Assembly: GCF_001194135.2 (NCBI RefSeq)
Contig: NC_068981.1
Location: 16,072,811 to 16,135,826 of the forward strand
Length of the DNA: 63,016 nt
Source of the DNA: Octopus bimaculoides
Taxonomy: Eukaryota
Direction: 5' to 3'
The stretch's first letter is position 1. Each line of letters begins with the position of its first letter. The notes under the pieces were generated by a model. It searched no databases. It was not told where the DNA came from and worked only from the letters and a program-made list of their open reading frames with translations. Made by a program: the position numbers and the translations under genes. This document shows positions 1 through 14,576 of this stretch, piece after piece.

Positions 1-36
<36 letters not shown>

Positions 37-616
37 ATGTATGTGAGTGCGTATGTATATATGTATGTATCTAATACATGAGTTTGTAAATAAATTATGT
101 CATATTTTACGTTTAAACTGGAAGACAAACCAGATTTTTGACTGCTGTCACAGCCCAGATTTTCTTTTTATTATGTAGTGCAATGTCAAAATACATTGGT
201 TCATGACTTATGTAGTCGTTTCATTTGTTGTGTAGAGAACAACAACAGCTAACCATTAATCATATTTAGCAGGGAAGGGAAATTATGCAATGGCTCGCGC
301 ATGATATAGCACAATATTTTGATTATGTTTTATTCAAAATCTAAATTGCCTACCTGGTATGAAGACAATTGGCGCGAAGCCTTTTCGAGTTAATAGAAGT
401 GATTTGAAATAATTTATGTGGAGAAATAACAATTTCCATAGAGATCTTGTCACATTTTCAGTCACATTTTGCGTTTTTTTTATTCTGGGGAAAGAATACA
501 TATGAATGTATATATATATATATTTATGCGGCTGTGAGTGTGAGCGTGTGTGTGTATGTAGGTAAGTAGTTAGGTACGTTTATGTATATGTTGTTATATA
601 TATATATATATATATA

Positions 617-835
617 CCTATTCTATTCTACTCTAGGCACAAGGCCCGAAATTTTGGAGGAGGGTCCAGTCGATTTGATCGACCCCAGCATTCAACTGGT
701 ACTTAATTTATCGATCCCGAAAGGATGAAAGGCAAATTCGACCTCGGCGGAATTTGAACTCAGAATATAAAGACAGACGAAATACTGCTAAGCATTTCGT
801 CCGGTTTGCTATCGTTTCTGCCAGCTCGCCGCTTT
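617..835 (-). mobile_element. tRNA-derived SINE, family A (full length)
   Basis: Minus strand begins ggcgagctggcagaa (A-box-like), has gagttcaaattcc (B-box-like) and ends in an agaatagaatag tail. Second copy at 48112-48240. Confidence 0.8.
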
Positions 836-2526
836 TGTAAATACACATATTATGAACATATTAATGGCTCATGGATTTTAATAATCCTAGTGATTAGAAT
901 TGCATTATAGCCACTGAACTAAACGTAAGATATGCATTTTCATGTCTCTTTTATATTTTTTTCTCAGAAGGAAGAACGAAATGTCCTCGCATAATTTACT
1001 TAAATGCAATTAATAATTCAAATTGTTTTTCAAGCCACTCGTAGGCATGGATATGTTTCGTTTTCGTGTTTTCTTTTTCCTTTACATTCGTCAGACCTTG
1101 TGTTTAGTTTGATAAAAATGAGGTTGGTTTTCTCCCATAAATCTATTCGGAAATGTCTATTGTTTGAAACTGGGATCAATATTACCCATCAGAAATATTT
1201 TACATGACGTAGCAGAGCAGACATTTTTTATGTGTTTAATTTTATAAAAAAAAGAAATAGACTTTTGAAGGTAGATATGAGAATCTGATAAAGATTGATC
1301 GCCATAAAATTATTAGCAATAGTATTTTCTAAAGATAAATGTTGCTTTTTATTTTTTAAATTATTCCCTGCTTTTAAGTATTATATATTCTTATTCTTAT
1401 TGTCTCTTTTTCTATTAATTTGTCGTATTCACTAAGCTAATAAACTAAAATCATGAAATAACGTAAAATGTTTATATTAAATTAATAGTTTATATGCCAA
1501 AGTCTGATTATGCGAGATGCTATGTTTTATAGAAATTGGTGGTCGCATAATATAATATACATAGACAATATACGTACGCATATAAATACATATATAAACA
1601 TATATATATATATATATATATATATGTTGGTATGTATGAATATATTCTTAGATAAACAATTTAATTGTTTTACCTATTATAAATCTCGCGAATCTCCAAT
1701 AATTATCAAATTACTAAAATGAAATTATAATAATCCTTTAGTTGAATAAAATTTATTGAAGACTTATAATATTTATAACAGACTTGATGATATATAAAAT
1801 ATATTTCTATGTATTTCAAAAGCATTTCTAGATTTATAGAACTATTTTAAATGGAAAATAAATGCATTATTCCAGAAATGCAAAGCTCATTGTACTAGGT
1901 ACATTGCAAATCATTGTATATTAAATAATAATCGAAACACTAGTCCACTGACTTCATAATTTTATAGGAAATAAAACTAAAATTCACTCCTGTTAAGGAA
2001 AGTTCAGTTTCCATATTATGAAATAAAAGCATTTTTTGGATGATATTTGATAACAAAGCTATTCCAAAACAGTGTTTGTACTGACTCATGAACAGCAATA
2101 AACTTAACCTCAAACGTCGTTAAAGTTTTCATGGAATCCACTACAAATATCAGGACAACCTGTAAAGTTGCTTTTCACACACACACACATTTATATATAT
2201 ATATATATTTATACATACATATACACACGTGTGTATGTGTGAGCATGTGTGTGGGGGTAGTCATATGTTATTTCCTATAATATTTCCTTATACCTTCACA
2301 CAATATTTATTCTTGATCTATTGTTAAATTTCATTGATAATTATTTAAAATAGATTAATTTCCCCGCCCTCAAGTGTCATTTACCAACTATGAATGTATC
2401 ATATTCTTCTTATTAGGATTGCTATTCTTATTATTTCCATTATTCTTACAAAGATTATTATTTTCTCTACTAGTATCGATTTAGTTAGTACTGTTATTTT
2501 TCTTCTTCCTACTCATCTTCTTCTAT

Positions 2527-2543
2527 TTCTTCTTCTTCTTCTT

Positions 2544-2638
<95 letters not shown>

Positions 2639-2650
2639 CATCATCATCAT
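2527..2650. repeat. Compound microsatellite (TTC)n(TTA)n(TCA)n
   Basis: Read directly from the sequence. Confidence 0.95.
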
Positions 2651-2818
2651 CAGTACCTTTATTGTTTACTGATTTATTGTTCTGTGCCTTGTTTAATATT
2701 TGTCTATTAATGTATTTTTTCAATAAATGATAACATATCTTTTATTACATTACATTTTAAATTACGTAAAACTGATAGCATATCATGATTATTATTACTA
2801 GTAGTAGTAGTAGTAGTT

Positions 2819-2879
<61 letters not shown>

Positions 2880-3645
2880 CAGTGGCAGTAGTAGTAACAG
2901 TATTAGCGGTATTAGTTTTTGTTTATATTTCGTTAACTCATATATTTTACTTCACAAGTGTTATTTTTTTATTCATATCTATCATCTCCTTTTTATATTT
3001 CATGTTACAACAGAACAATGATGGCAAACTCACAATGGATATTTGATTAATATTTTTTAGACCCTTTCAAGATAAGCTAACGTTAATTTTTCATTGAGTT
3101 TGGTGCTGTTGTTGTTTTAAGAGTTAAAAAACCAAAACTATGTTTGAGATCTGTTGCCATTGTCTGAACAGTTTTTTTTCTCCTATTAACTATTCACTCA
3201 AAGAAATGAATAAAAGATTAAATTTTTATCATGATCTTTTTATGTTTATTATATTTCTTCTCTTTCAAACCACTACCTTATTTAACCTCATTTGCAGTGT
3301 TTATATTAATTAGACATGCATGCTGAAGCAAACAGACATCTCCTCTATATCAAAGCGCTACTGTTCAACCTTTATTTTTTTATCTCATATTTTGTCTTTA
3401 TTTCTCTCTCAGCTTCTCATTTGTTTCATTCATTTTGTTTGCAACTCCACAAAGTCTTTTTCTTAACATTTGTTTGCTTATTTCTTTTCGTATTTTTTTT
3501 TTTTGCATCAGTAAAATTTATTTGACACAGAATTAACTTTTAAAATGAAAAAAATAATATCGTCTTGAAGAAATCAATAACGGAGTTACGCAGGTAATAA
3601 TGTTGATGATGACGACGATAATGACGATGATGATGATGATGATGT

Positions 3646-3677
<32 letters not shown>

Positions 3678-3803
3678 AGGGTAAAACAATTATGTTAACA
3701 ACAACCAGGAAAGAAATTAGTAAAGAATAAAAATGAATAATGAATGAATGTATAATGATTATACTATGTTTTATAATTAGACAAGACATGTAGACAAAAA
3801 CTG

Positions 3804-3869
<66 letters not shown>

Positions 3870-3981
3870 TAATTTTTATTGTTATTAATATAGCTATGAT
3901 TACGAAAAAGCTATTATTATTATTATTATTATTAATATCATCATCATCATCTTCAGTATTATTATTATTATTATTTTGTAT

Positions 3982-4033
<52 letters not shown>

Positions 4034-4403
4034 CATTGCATTTCTTATAAAAATTATTGACGTTGATTTTTGCTTTTATTACTTTTCGTGCGATATCATG
4101 ACTGTTTCAGGGAATAAAATTTATAATTATATTCGGTGTTGTTATTTGCATTATTACAATTTTTTAATATTTTTTTCATACTATTGTCAACATCATATTT
4201 TTTTCAATACGTTCCATAATTTCACCGGAGACAACTGAATTGCAATCACGTAGTTCTAAGATTTTCAATATCATAGTTTATTATAATAATTTTCATTTTA
4301 GCTCATTCCTGTTGTATTTATGTTAAGAACACTGCTTACTCTATTTTCTTACTTCCACCGGTTTCCACTCTTCAAACCGAATATTCGATTGTTTGCTTCG
4401 TAC

Positions 4404-4477
<74 letters not shown>

Positions 4478-4535
4478 CATCATCATCATCATCATCATAA
4501 TTATTATTGTCGTTGTTGTTGTGCTTGTTGCTATT

Positions 4536-4574
<39 letters not shown>

Positions 4575-5084
4575 GAACTTTGTTTTTTTGGGGTTTCTTT
4601 TTTTGTCTTTTACATTCTAAATTGCAGTCTCCAAATATCTCAACGGTATTGGAACAATAGGAAATTAGTATATATCAACGTATTTCTTTATTTGTTATAT
4701 CAAAGTTTTGAGTAGCTCAAATTGGCGTACGTCGAGGTAAGAACTGGCACGTGCTATTGCCAGTGCTGTGTGAATGCTATCTGATGTCGTGTGAAGTCTC
4801 TTTGATTATCACTTGAGGCAATATCGTGATTTTCTTATTCCTTATTCTATCGCTATTTCTATATTTTTAATTTACTATATTAATGTCAATATCTTTGCTT
4901 TGCTCAGCATTTTTATTCATGTAAGTCCTTATAGTTTCATGTCTGTACATTTCCTTTTCTATGCCTCCTTCATACAAACTCCAACGTCTCGGGGTTCGTG
5001 CATTGTTATTACATTTACTATTATTATCGTTATTATTATTATCATTATAACTACTATTATTATGTTGTTGTCATTATTATTACT

Positions 5085-5116
<32 letters not shown>

Positions 5117-5489
5117 TACTATTATCCTCTTCGTCATCGCCACTTTTATTTCCCATATCATTTTAATCATGCACAAAATTAGCAGGTATCGTTTGGTTCG
5201 GGGAACTCTCTTTAAAATGTCCTAGGATTCTAACCAGAATTTGAAGACGCCATTTTCCCTTTGTAGTCATTGCTCAGCAGGATTCTTTTGTAGGCTGTTG
5301 GCATTTGTCTCCATATTTATAATATTCCATTGAATTTGAAGTTTTGTACTGTTATCATGTTCTCATATGCGGTTTGTATATTCTATTTTGAATGCGTACT
5401 AATTACTTTTCGAACTTCGTTCTTGTCAAGTAATCCATTCATCGCTTACTTATTATGGAATAAATTAAATTATTAATATTATTACTATG

Positions 5490-5540
<51 letters not shown>

Positions 5541-7324
5541 TCAATTAGCATAATTTCAATTAGCATATTTTTATTGCATACTTTCAGCGCTCACAAATCG
5601 CGAGTTTGGATCTATAAATTATTGTGCGACCCTATGCTCGTTCAAGTCTATATATTTTCCTTATTGTTACAATATGTCCACAAATGCGATATGTATATGC
5701 CTATGGCTTTGTGTGAACGATTAACAATGGCAAAATTGTATGATGAAGTAAACAATTGAGAAACTAAATAACAGATATGTCGAAAATACTGTGTTCTTTT
5801 AACAAATACTTCTTACATGATAGTTAGATATTGTGTTTTAAATATCCATTATGAGAAAGCAAAATCTACAATCCATATGTGATAATAAATAGGTTTCATC
5901 GGAAATAAACGGAAATACTACAATACAAAAAGTGTTAACATACCTCAATAGATAAAACTTGTTCTCAAAATAGGGACCACATATTTCGAAAAAACATATT
6001 AAGAAACTACAGTTGATATTATGTATTTTATGTGTTTAATTGTGTGTATGCAACAGGGCCGAACAGTTTATTGTGTCTAAATTTGAGCATGCAAATGAAT
6101 TGTTTCATCACATCTAGGGAGAAGGTTTTATATCTTTCACTCAAAAAAACGTGACAATATAGAAGTGACAATATATCTCTTATAGCTTGTTTCTGCACTT
6201 TATTTCATACGTAATTAATATGTATCTGTGTATAAATATATATATATTCTATTATATATNNNNNNNNNNNNNNNNNNNNNNNNNNNNNNNNNNNNNNNNN
6301 NNNNNNNNNNNNNNNNNNNNNNNNNNNNNNNNNNNNNNNNNNNNNNNNNNNNNNNNNNNNNNNNNNNNNNNNNNNNNNNNNNNNNNNNNNNNNNNNNNNN
6401 NNNNNNNNNNNNNNNNNNNNNNNNNNNNNNNNNNNNNNNNNNNNNNNNNNNNNNNNNNNNNNNNNNNNNNNNNNNNNNNNNNNNNNNNNNNNNNNNNNNN
6501 NNNNNNNNNNNNNNNNNNNNNNNNNNNNNNNNNNNNNNNNNNNNNNNNNNNNNNNNNNNNNNNNNNNNNNNNNNNNNNNNNNNNNNNNNNNNNNNNNNNN
6601 NNNNNNNNNNNNNNNNNNNNNNNNNNNNNNNNNNNNNNNNNNNNNNNNNNNNNNNNNNNNNNNNNNNNNNNNNNNNNNNNNNNNNNNNNNNNNNNNNNNN
6701 NNNNNNNNNNNNNNNNNNNNNNNNNNNNNNNNNNNNNNNNNNNNNNNNNNNNNNNNNNNNNNNNNNNNNNNNNNNNNNNNNNNNNNNNNNNNNNNNNNNN
6801 NNNNNNNNNNNNNNNNNNNNNNNNNNNNNNNNNNNNNNNNNNNNNNNNNNNNNNNNNNNNNNNNNNNNNNNNNNNNNNNNNNNNNNNNNNNNNNNNNNNN
6901 NNNNNNNNNNNNNNNNNNNNNNNNNNNNNNNNNNNNNNNNNNNNNNNNNNNNNNNNNNNNNNNNNNNNNNNNNNNNNNNNNNNNNNNNNNNNNNNNNNNN
7001 NNNNNNNNNNNNNNNNNNNNNNNNNNNNNNNNNNNNNNNNNNNNNNNNNNNNNNNNNNNNNNNNNNNNNNNNNNNNNNNNNNNNNNNNNNNNNNNNNNNN
7101 NNNNNNNNNNNNNNNNNNNNNNNNNNNNNNNNNNNNNNNNNNNNNNNNNNNNNNNNNNNNNNNNNNNNNNNNNNNNNCGATGACATTAACAATGAAATTA
7201 AGGAGAAATTTTACCTGTTCACAATAACATAAAATACAGAGAAACGTGTACAAACAGCAGTGTTATGTGATTGAAGAACAACAGAACAAATGGTAAACGA
7301 AAGAACAATCACTTTTAGGGCAAA

Positions 7325-7406
<82 letters not shown>

Positions 7407-7526
7407 CAACAAAAAGAAGAGGATGACGATGATGGAGACAAAGCAGTAAAATTTCCTTTGTTTAGTTTTTTTCTACACATACATACATATGCATATATAC
7501 ATATGTGTTTTGTGTATGTGTGTGTA

Positions 7527-7572
<46 letters not shown>

Positions 7573-8671
7573 CTTGTGTGTGTGTGAGAGAGAGTGTGTC
7601 TGTGACAGATGAATTTCCCGTTTACATTTTTTCTGTATTTTCTTCAAGTTTATCTATTCAAGGAATAAAGGAAAAGGTGTTAGATATATTTATCTCAAAG
7701 TGACTTTTTTCCAGACAACACTTTGTATTCTAGAAGGACTCTTGCTTGCGTTTCAATGTGATGAAAATTAAATCATTCCGTATGATATGTGTGTGGTTTT
7801 CTTAACTGTCTTTCCGTACCTTTACACATATATGATTTGGCCGTAGACATACAATTTGAAAAAAATTTAATTCGTACAATGAAGTTTTCACCATGACGGA
7901 TTTTATTTTTACTTCATTAATTGACACGTTTTCATATTAAAATATTTTTCAATGGTGTTTTAAAAACCAATGAATAATATAAAGCAAGCTCTAGAAAAAG
8001 AATATTACACTGGTCGCAGATACTGGGCCAGAGACAAGTTAAAACAGATTGATCAAAATATCGCGTTTGAATGTAAAATTTTATTAAATCTAAATCACGT
8101 AATTTGAATGATGCATTTTATAAAGTATTCTAAATTGTATTCTTTACTACTGTTTTCGCTTTTTCTACGTTTTCTATATATTTTAATTAGATTTAAACAG
8201 AACCAGATAGCAATCAACATACGTTATTGCAAGTAATTTCACACAGGAGTAAATTGAAGTACATATCTAATCTTCGTGGATTCTGCATTGGTTATGATGC
8301 GACATAAATACTACAATATTATTTAAATATCATTATTCATTGACTGATATTTGAAAATTTATGAAATGCACAAACATTTCAATGTCATGAAAGGATATTG
8401 TAAAGTGTCACAGCTAACCTTTATCTACCACAAATTATTACATTCGCAAATCATGACAACTATAAATTTTATTTCAGTTATTTACTATAAGAACCGGTCA
8501 TGTTTTATTGTGAATATAACCCGAAAGTCTTTCATGGAATCTAGCACCTGTTCAAGGAATGTTCTTTTTAGCAACGCCATGATATCGAAAGTTACATATC
8601 AATTTCTGCTGCATCATTATGAATTCATTGCTAGGTGAGGTTTGTGCAGTTTTTTGTTGCTCTTATTATTC

Positions 8672-8760
<89 letters not shown>

Positions 8761-9263
8761 GTTGNNNNNNNNNNNNNNNNNNNNNNNNNNNNNNNNNNNN
8801 NNNNNNNNNNNNNNNNNNNNNNNNNNNNNNNNNNNNNNNNNNNNNNNNNNNNNNNNNNNNNNNNNNNNNNNNNNNNNNNNNNNNNNNNNNNNNNNNNNNN
8901 NNNNNNNNNNNNNNNNNNNNNNNNNNNNNNNNNNNNNNNNNNNNNNNNNNNNNNNNNNNNNNNNNNNNNNNNNNNNNNNNNNNNNNNNNNNNNNNNNNNN
9001 NNNNNNNNNNNNNNNNNNNNNNNNNNNNNNNNNNNNNNNNNNNNNNNNNNNNNNNNNNNNNNNNNNNNNNNNNNNNNNNNNNNNNNNNNNNNNNNNNNNN
9101 NNNNNNNNNNNNNNNNNNNNNNNNNNNNNNNNNNNNNNNNNNNNNNNNNNNNNNNNNNNNNNNNNNNNNNNNNNNNNNNNNNNNNNNNNNNNNNNNNNNN
9201 NNNNNNNNNNNNNNNNNNNNNNNNNNNNNNNNNNNNNNNNNNNNNNNNNNNNNNNNNNNNNNN

Positions 9264-9294
<31 letters not shown>

Positions 9295-9364
9295 AATATA
9301 CATATGCATATATATATATAAGTATGTATACATACTGATATGTATATGAGGTTATGTGCATATG

Positions 9365-9610
9365 GAGGTGGTGGCATAGTGGTTATGCTGTGATAGTCGT
9401 GATCGTATGATTGTGATTTCGATTCCTGGATCAGGAAATGCATTGCGTTCTTTATCAAAACATTTCATTTCACGACACGCCAGTCCACCCAGCTCGCAAA
9501 TATGAGTAATCATACGATTGACTACTGGTGGTTCGTCTCCGTTCATTGGCGATGATGATATATACCACAGTATCCAAGAACCGGTCGTAAGAGACACTCG
9601 TTTGAGAAGG
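9365..9610 (+). mobile_element. tRNA-derived SINE, family B (degenerate)
   Basis: tggcatagtggtt (A-box-like) and tttcgattcctgg (B-box-like), followed by a GC-richer body. No second copy in the window. Confidence 0.6.
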
Positions 9611-10778
9611 ATATTTCTCTCCTTTTATATATGTATATATATATAGATGCATGTACTTCTTTGAGATAATGAGGTTCAACTAGAGTAATTCAAACTAAAG
9701 TCCGGAAGATGACAATATATCTACTCATCATATAAGGAATATTTAATGCTGGTGCACTTAGAATCCATGAGATTTGTGAACACTGATCTCTTTATTTGAA
9801 TTCTTTCTAAAACTATGCTCCATATATTAATTTTAGTATGTTACTTGAGCATACAAATATCTATGATTGCTATTAATAAATTTAAATATATTATTACAGT
9901 GCAAACATGTCCTAAATCGCACTCTACTTTTGAAATGTTATCCGTTACATAATTTTACTACATTATTTTTCTTCATCTAAATCTGTCGTGCTATACGACC
10001 TAAACTTTGCATTCTTACTGTATCGTATATATTTCAGAAATTTTAAACTGAAATTGTATGAAGTTTCAATGTAGAAGTAATATCCGTATGCCGTGAACAG
10101 TTGTTGATGTCTAGCAATTTAGGTAGACCTATTGCTTTGAAGTAAAACAAAATTCTTTATTCTGAAGAAATGTTGTCTCAGTGGTTTAACGTCGAATTTC
10201 TTCACAATGCATGAACATATTCAGACTTTAAAAAATTTCATCAATTTTTGGAAACCCAGGCCAGAAGAATCAGGATATATTAGAAGATTCTAGGTGATGA
10301 AATTGTTCTATTGCTACGTCAGATGTAAATTTGAGATATGCCAAAAATTTGTCTTCTTACTATAGCAATTTACGACTGTTATGGGATATGCGTCCATATC
10401 AATTAACGGCTTCATATATGCCATTGATTCTCATTTGGTCATATGTATGAAATTCTCGGATATTCTACAATTTGTAATGATAATATTTTTAGTACTGGGA
10501 AAAATCATAGCGGGAGGTTATAATGATATCGACGTCAATGTTATGATGATTGCACGATGTAAATATGTAACAGTTCTTAATTGTTTGTGGGAGTTGTAAC
10601 AGTTATTTATAACTATGATTGCATCAAAAACAAAGTCATTTTCGTTAAACTTTACAGCTGAAAGAGATAGCAGTTAATAACATCACTCAACAGATATTAA
10701 TGAAAATATAAAAAAAAGCAAAAGAATAATCACATGCCATACACAAATATGTACACAAAAACATACACCTGTATGTCA

Positions 10779-10814
<36 letters not shown>

Positions 10815-11389
10815 NNNNNNNNNNNNNNNNNNNNNNNNNNNNNNNNNNNNNNNNNNNNNNNNNNNNNNNNNNNNNNNNNNNNNNNNNNNNNNNNNNNNNN
10901 NNNNNNNNNNNNNNNNNNNNNNNNNNNNNNNNNNNNNNNNNNNNNNNNNNNNNNNNNNNNNNNNNNNNNNNNNNNNNNNNNNNNNNNNNNNNNNNNNNNN
11001 NNNNNNNNNNNNNTATATATATATATATATATATATATTAGATAGATGTGAATATAGATATAGAGCTTTAGATGTATAGATCAGTGTATATATGCATACA
11101 TGAATTTATCCAAGTAGGTATTTTCATGTATAAGCAAATATACGTACATGCGTATACGTGTGTGGGTGAGAGGGTGGCTTGTGAAAAAGAGAGAGAGGAG
11201 GGCAGAGTCTGCGTGTCTGCGTGTGTGTGCATGTGTCGTGTATTATTAGATAGATATGTTCATAAATATATGTAGAAAAGTGTACATCCATTTATATATA
11301 TATATATATACATTCGTATATATATATATGTGAGTGTATATATGCATACATACACATACATTCACACACACACACTCACACACACACAT

Positions 11390-11423
<34 letters not shown>

Positions 11424-11800
11424 GCATTTATACAGAGCAAGAGAAGAGCGCTGCACAAACTATACATACGTTTTATATTTGAGAAAATTGCAAAATTGTG
11501 AAATTGTGCATCGTATTATAGAGAGAGTCTTCTGTATTGAAAATGAAGTATATGAACATATATGATGATGAAATATATGTTTATATCGATTGTGCAAATT
11601 GTGATGATAGTAATATTAGAATTTACTTTAAATATTATATATATAAAGTCCTATAGATTTGTACGTTTCAATTTGTCAGGATATAAATATCATATAAAAA
11701 TTTTCTGTGAATATCTTAAAGGTAATATGCACATCGACTAAACAGATACATCTCACTATAGCTGTACATATATCTGTGACTGCGTGTGCGTGCCTGCGTG

Positions 11801-11879
<79 letters not shown>

Positions 11880-12541
11880 CTGTGTACTTCTTATTGGAAG
11901 TGTCCTACACGTTTTTATACATCACTAAACTGTTTTATTTTCTGAATATTTGATAGTTTATTTTTCTGTTAGAAAATTATGACTATATTATCTTATCATA
12001 TATTCATCACTCCCGTTTCTATATATGTCCTGGTTACATTTAAAACAAGACAACAGGAACTGATTGGATCACAATAAGTTAATGCCTCAATCTGCATGAA
12101 TTTTACTTCTATAAAATTTATTCTGGTGACACATGCATTTATTTACAATATGAGAATTTTGTGTGCAGAATACTTTTTCATATAGACGTATATAGAGCAT
12201 GTTTATAAAAAGTATATATGGAAGAACAGTTATGCATTTATGCAGTCATCGAAAACAGTATGTGGAACTGGAACATATAAGCCAGCAATTTTGGTATATA
12301 AGAAAAGAAATTAATTATTAATATACATGTTTGTACAGTATCTACCATATATATTTGTGCTGTTGATAAATGTAATCATGTGAGTAGCACATCTGCAATT
12401 TACATTGGAATGCGTAGTACTTGTGAAACTTTAGACAATGTATGTTTGCATACTCTATATAAAAAGTAAATGGGTATAGAGTTAAAATATATCTTAAATA
12501 TGAACGCCCGTGTACAGTGGAAAATTTAAGATATTTTAGCA

Positions 12542-12588
<47 letters not shown>

Positions 12589-13481
12589 GCTGAGAAAGTG
12601 AAACTTCATCATATAAACTGACATATCGATTAATCATTAATTAGAGAAACCTATTGTGTAAAATACGATGCGACAGAAAACAAAAAACATCGTTCATTAT
12701 TTAGAAATTCGGTGACATGAAAAGGGAGGTAGATGGTTAAGAGATATTAGCATGTATACATCATAAATATACTGCTGACTAGGTTATGCAAAAAGTGTAA
12801 ATGTACTACATAGGCGAATAGATATGTACATAGTGATATGATTATATACACTGATAGATAGGTTGATAAGGAGTGAGGTAGAAAGGTATGTACGCATACT
12901 TACATATACTTTGATCGCAAAAAGCTGGGTAAGCCGGCAGGTAAATAGTATGCAGGTAGTCGGTTACATAGTTAGAATGACGGAAGGGCTAGAAAATACG
13001 CACACACAAATGCACTCACCCACGCAAATACACACATTATACGCAGAAATAGTTATATATATTGCATGTTATATATATAAGTATGACAAATACATAGTAT
13101 ATAAGTATATATATGTATATATATATNNNNNNNNNNNNNNNNNNNNNNNNNNNNNNNNNNNNNNNNNNNNNNNNNNNNNNNNNNNNNNNNNNNNNNNNNN
13201 NNNNNNNNNNNNNNNNNNNNNNNNNNNNNNNNNNNNNNNNNNNNNNNNNNNNNNNNNNNNNNNNNNNNNNNNNNNNNNNNNNNNNNNNNNNNNNNNNNNN
13301 NNNNNNNNNNNNNNNNNNNNNNNNNNNNNNNNNNNNNNNNNNNNNNNNNNNNNNNNNNNNNNNNNNNNNNNNNNNNNNNNNNNNNNNNNNNNNNNNNNNN
13401 NNNNNNNNNNNNNNNNNNNNNNNNNNNNNNNNNNNNNNNNNNNNNNNNNNNNNNNNNNNNNNNNNNNNNNNNNNNNNNNNN

Positions 13482-13517
<36 letters not shown>

Positions 13518-14116
13518 TATGCATGTACAGACACACATATACACATATGTAAACAAGCACTTAATTATCTAGACACCCAATTATTATTAAAACGCAGTTA
13601 AAGTAACTTGGTGATAAACAGATACAAAATTTCCTAGATAAATTAGCTGTAAGACTCATCAAAGATGTCTTCAAATGTGATGAAGTTTCCTTTCTTATTA
13701 CTGTTTAAGCAAGCCTGAAAGATCAGAACTATAATCAAATATATTCTTTTTGTGATTATTTAGCCTTCATCAAACATAATGCATCTAGAAATAAATGACA
13801 CAAAGTCTGTTTTCTGCTTTCGTCCAACACTGTCAAGTGTCATATGACGAACATTTGACTGTTATTTATAAAAGAACACTTAACTGTTGGTATTGGTTTT
13901 GGAGTTCTTTAATCACTGATTATCGAACAAGCAGACCTTAGCTTATGAATCAGACATTCTATATCTAAAACTGCGTAACCCGATATATCCTCGTTGAAAA
14001 GAAAACGATAGAAAGATATCTAGTAAAATATGCTTGCTATTTTTAGTAGATCGAGTGACCGGGCATAAACTGGCATTTTGGGCCAAAGGGGTTTCTATTT
14101 ACTGGGTGATAATGTG

Positions 14117-14146
14117 ATGGTGGTGGTGGTGGTGGTAGTAGTAGTT

Positions 14147-14232
<86 letters not shown>

Positions 14233-14260
14233 AGCTGTTGTTGTTGTTGCTATCGTTGTT
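14117..14260. repeat. Compound microsatellite (GGT)n(AGT)n(GTT)n
   Basis: Read directly from the sequence. Confidence 0.95.
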
Positions 14261-14491
14261 GTCATGTATACAGGTCAGCGCTGATGCGCCAGATTTAAGT
14301 TCAAAATCAATTGTTTCCTATCTTTGTCAGATGCAGTGTGGTGTAGTTCTTGACAATTTGTGTCTTTTTGTAAAGTTGTAGGTTATGATTTGTAGAGATT
14401 ATGGTGTTATTCCTTGTGGATTGCGTGGCCACTGAAAGGCGTAACGTAAGTAGCAAAGGAGTTGGTTTATTGTTGCTGTTGTTAGTTAGCT

Positions 14492-14493
14492 AT

Positions 14494-14576
<83 letters not shown>
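14492..14576. repeat. (GTTA)n microsatellite
   Basis: Read directly from the sequence. Confidence 0.95.

Noticed and set aside
300-480. Open minus-strand frame ending at ccag|gtaggc
   Set aside because: The peptide is unrecognisable and there is no clear acceptor.
2394-5759. Poly-I/L/S/N/K ORFs
   Set aside because: Translations of trinucleotide microsatellites, with no splice or homology support.
6187-7253. Long ORFs of the supplied track spanning N runs (also near 8.6, 13, 16, 17.7, 26, 31.3, 41, 42.2, 46 and 47.5 kb)
   Set aside because: They are open only because N codons contain no stops; the flanks are (TA)n or trinucleotide repeats.
9352-9679. Overlapping minus-strand ORFs that could be a receptor C-terminal exon
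   Set aside because: The block has tRNA A/B-box features on the plus strand (SINE) and lacks a good acceptor.
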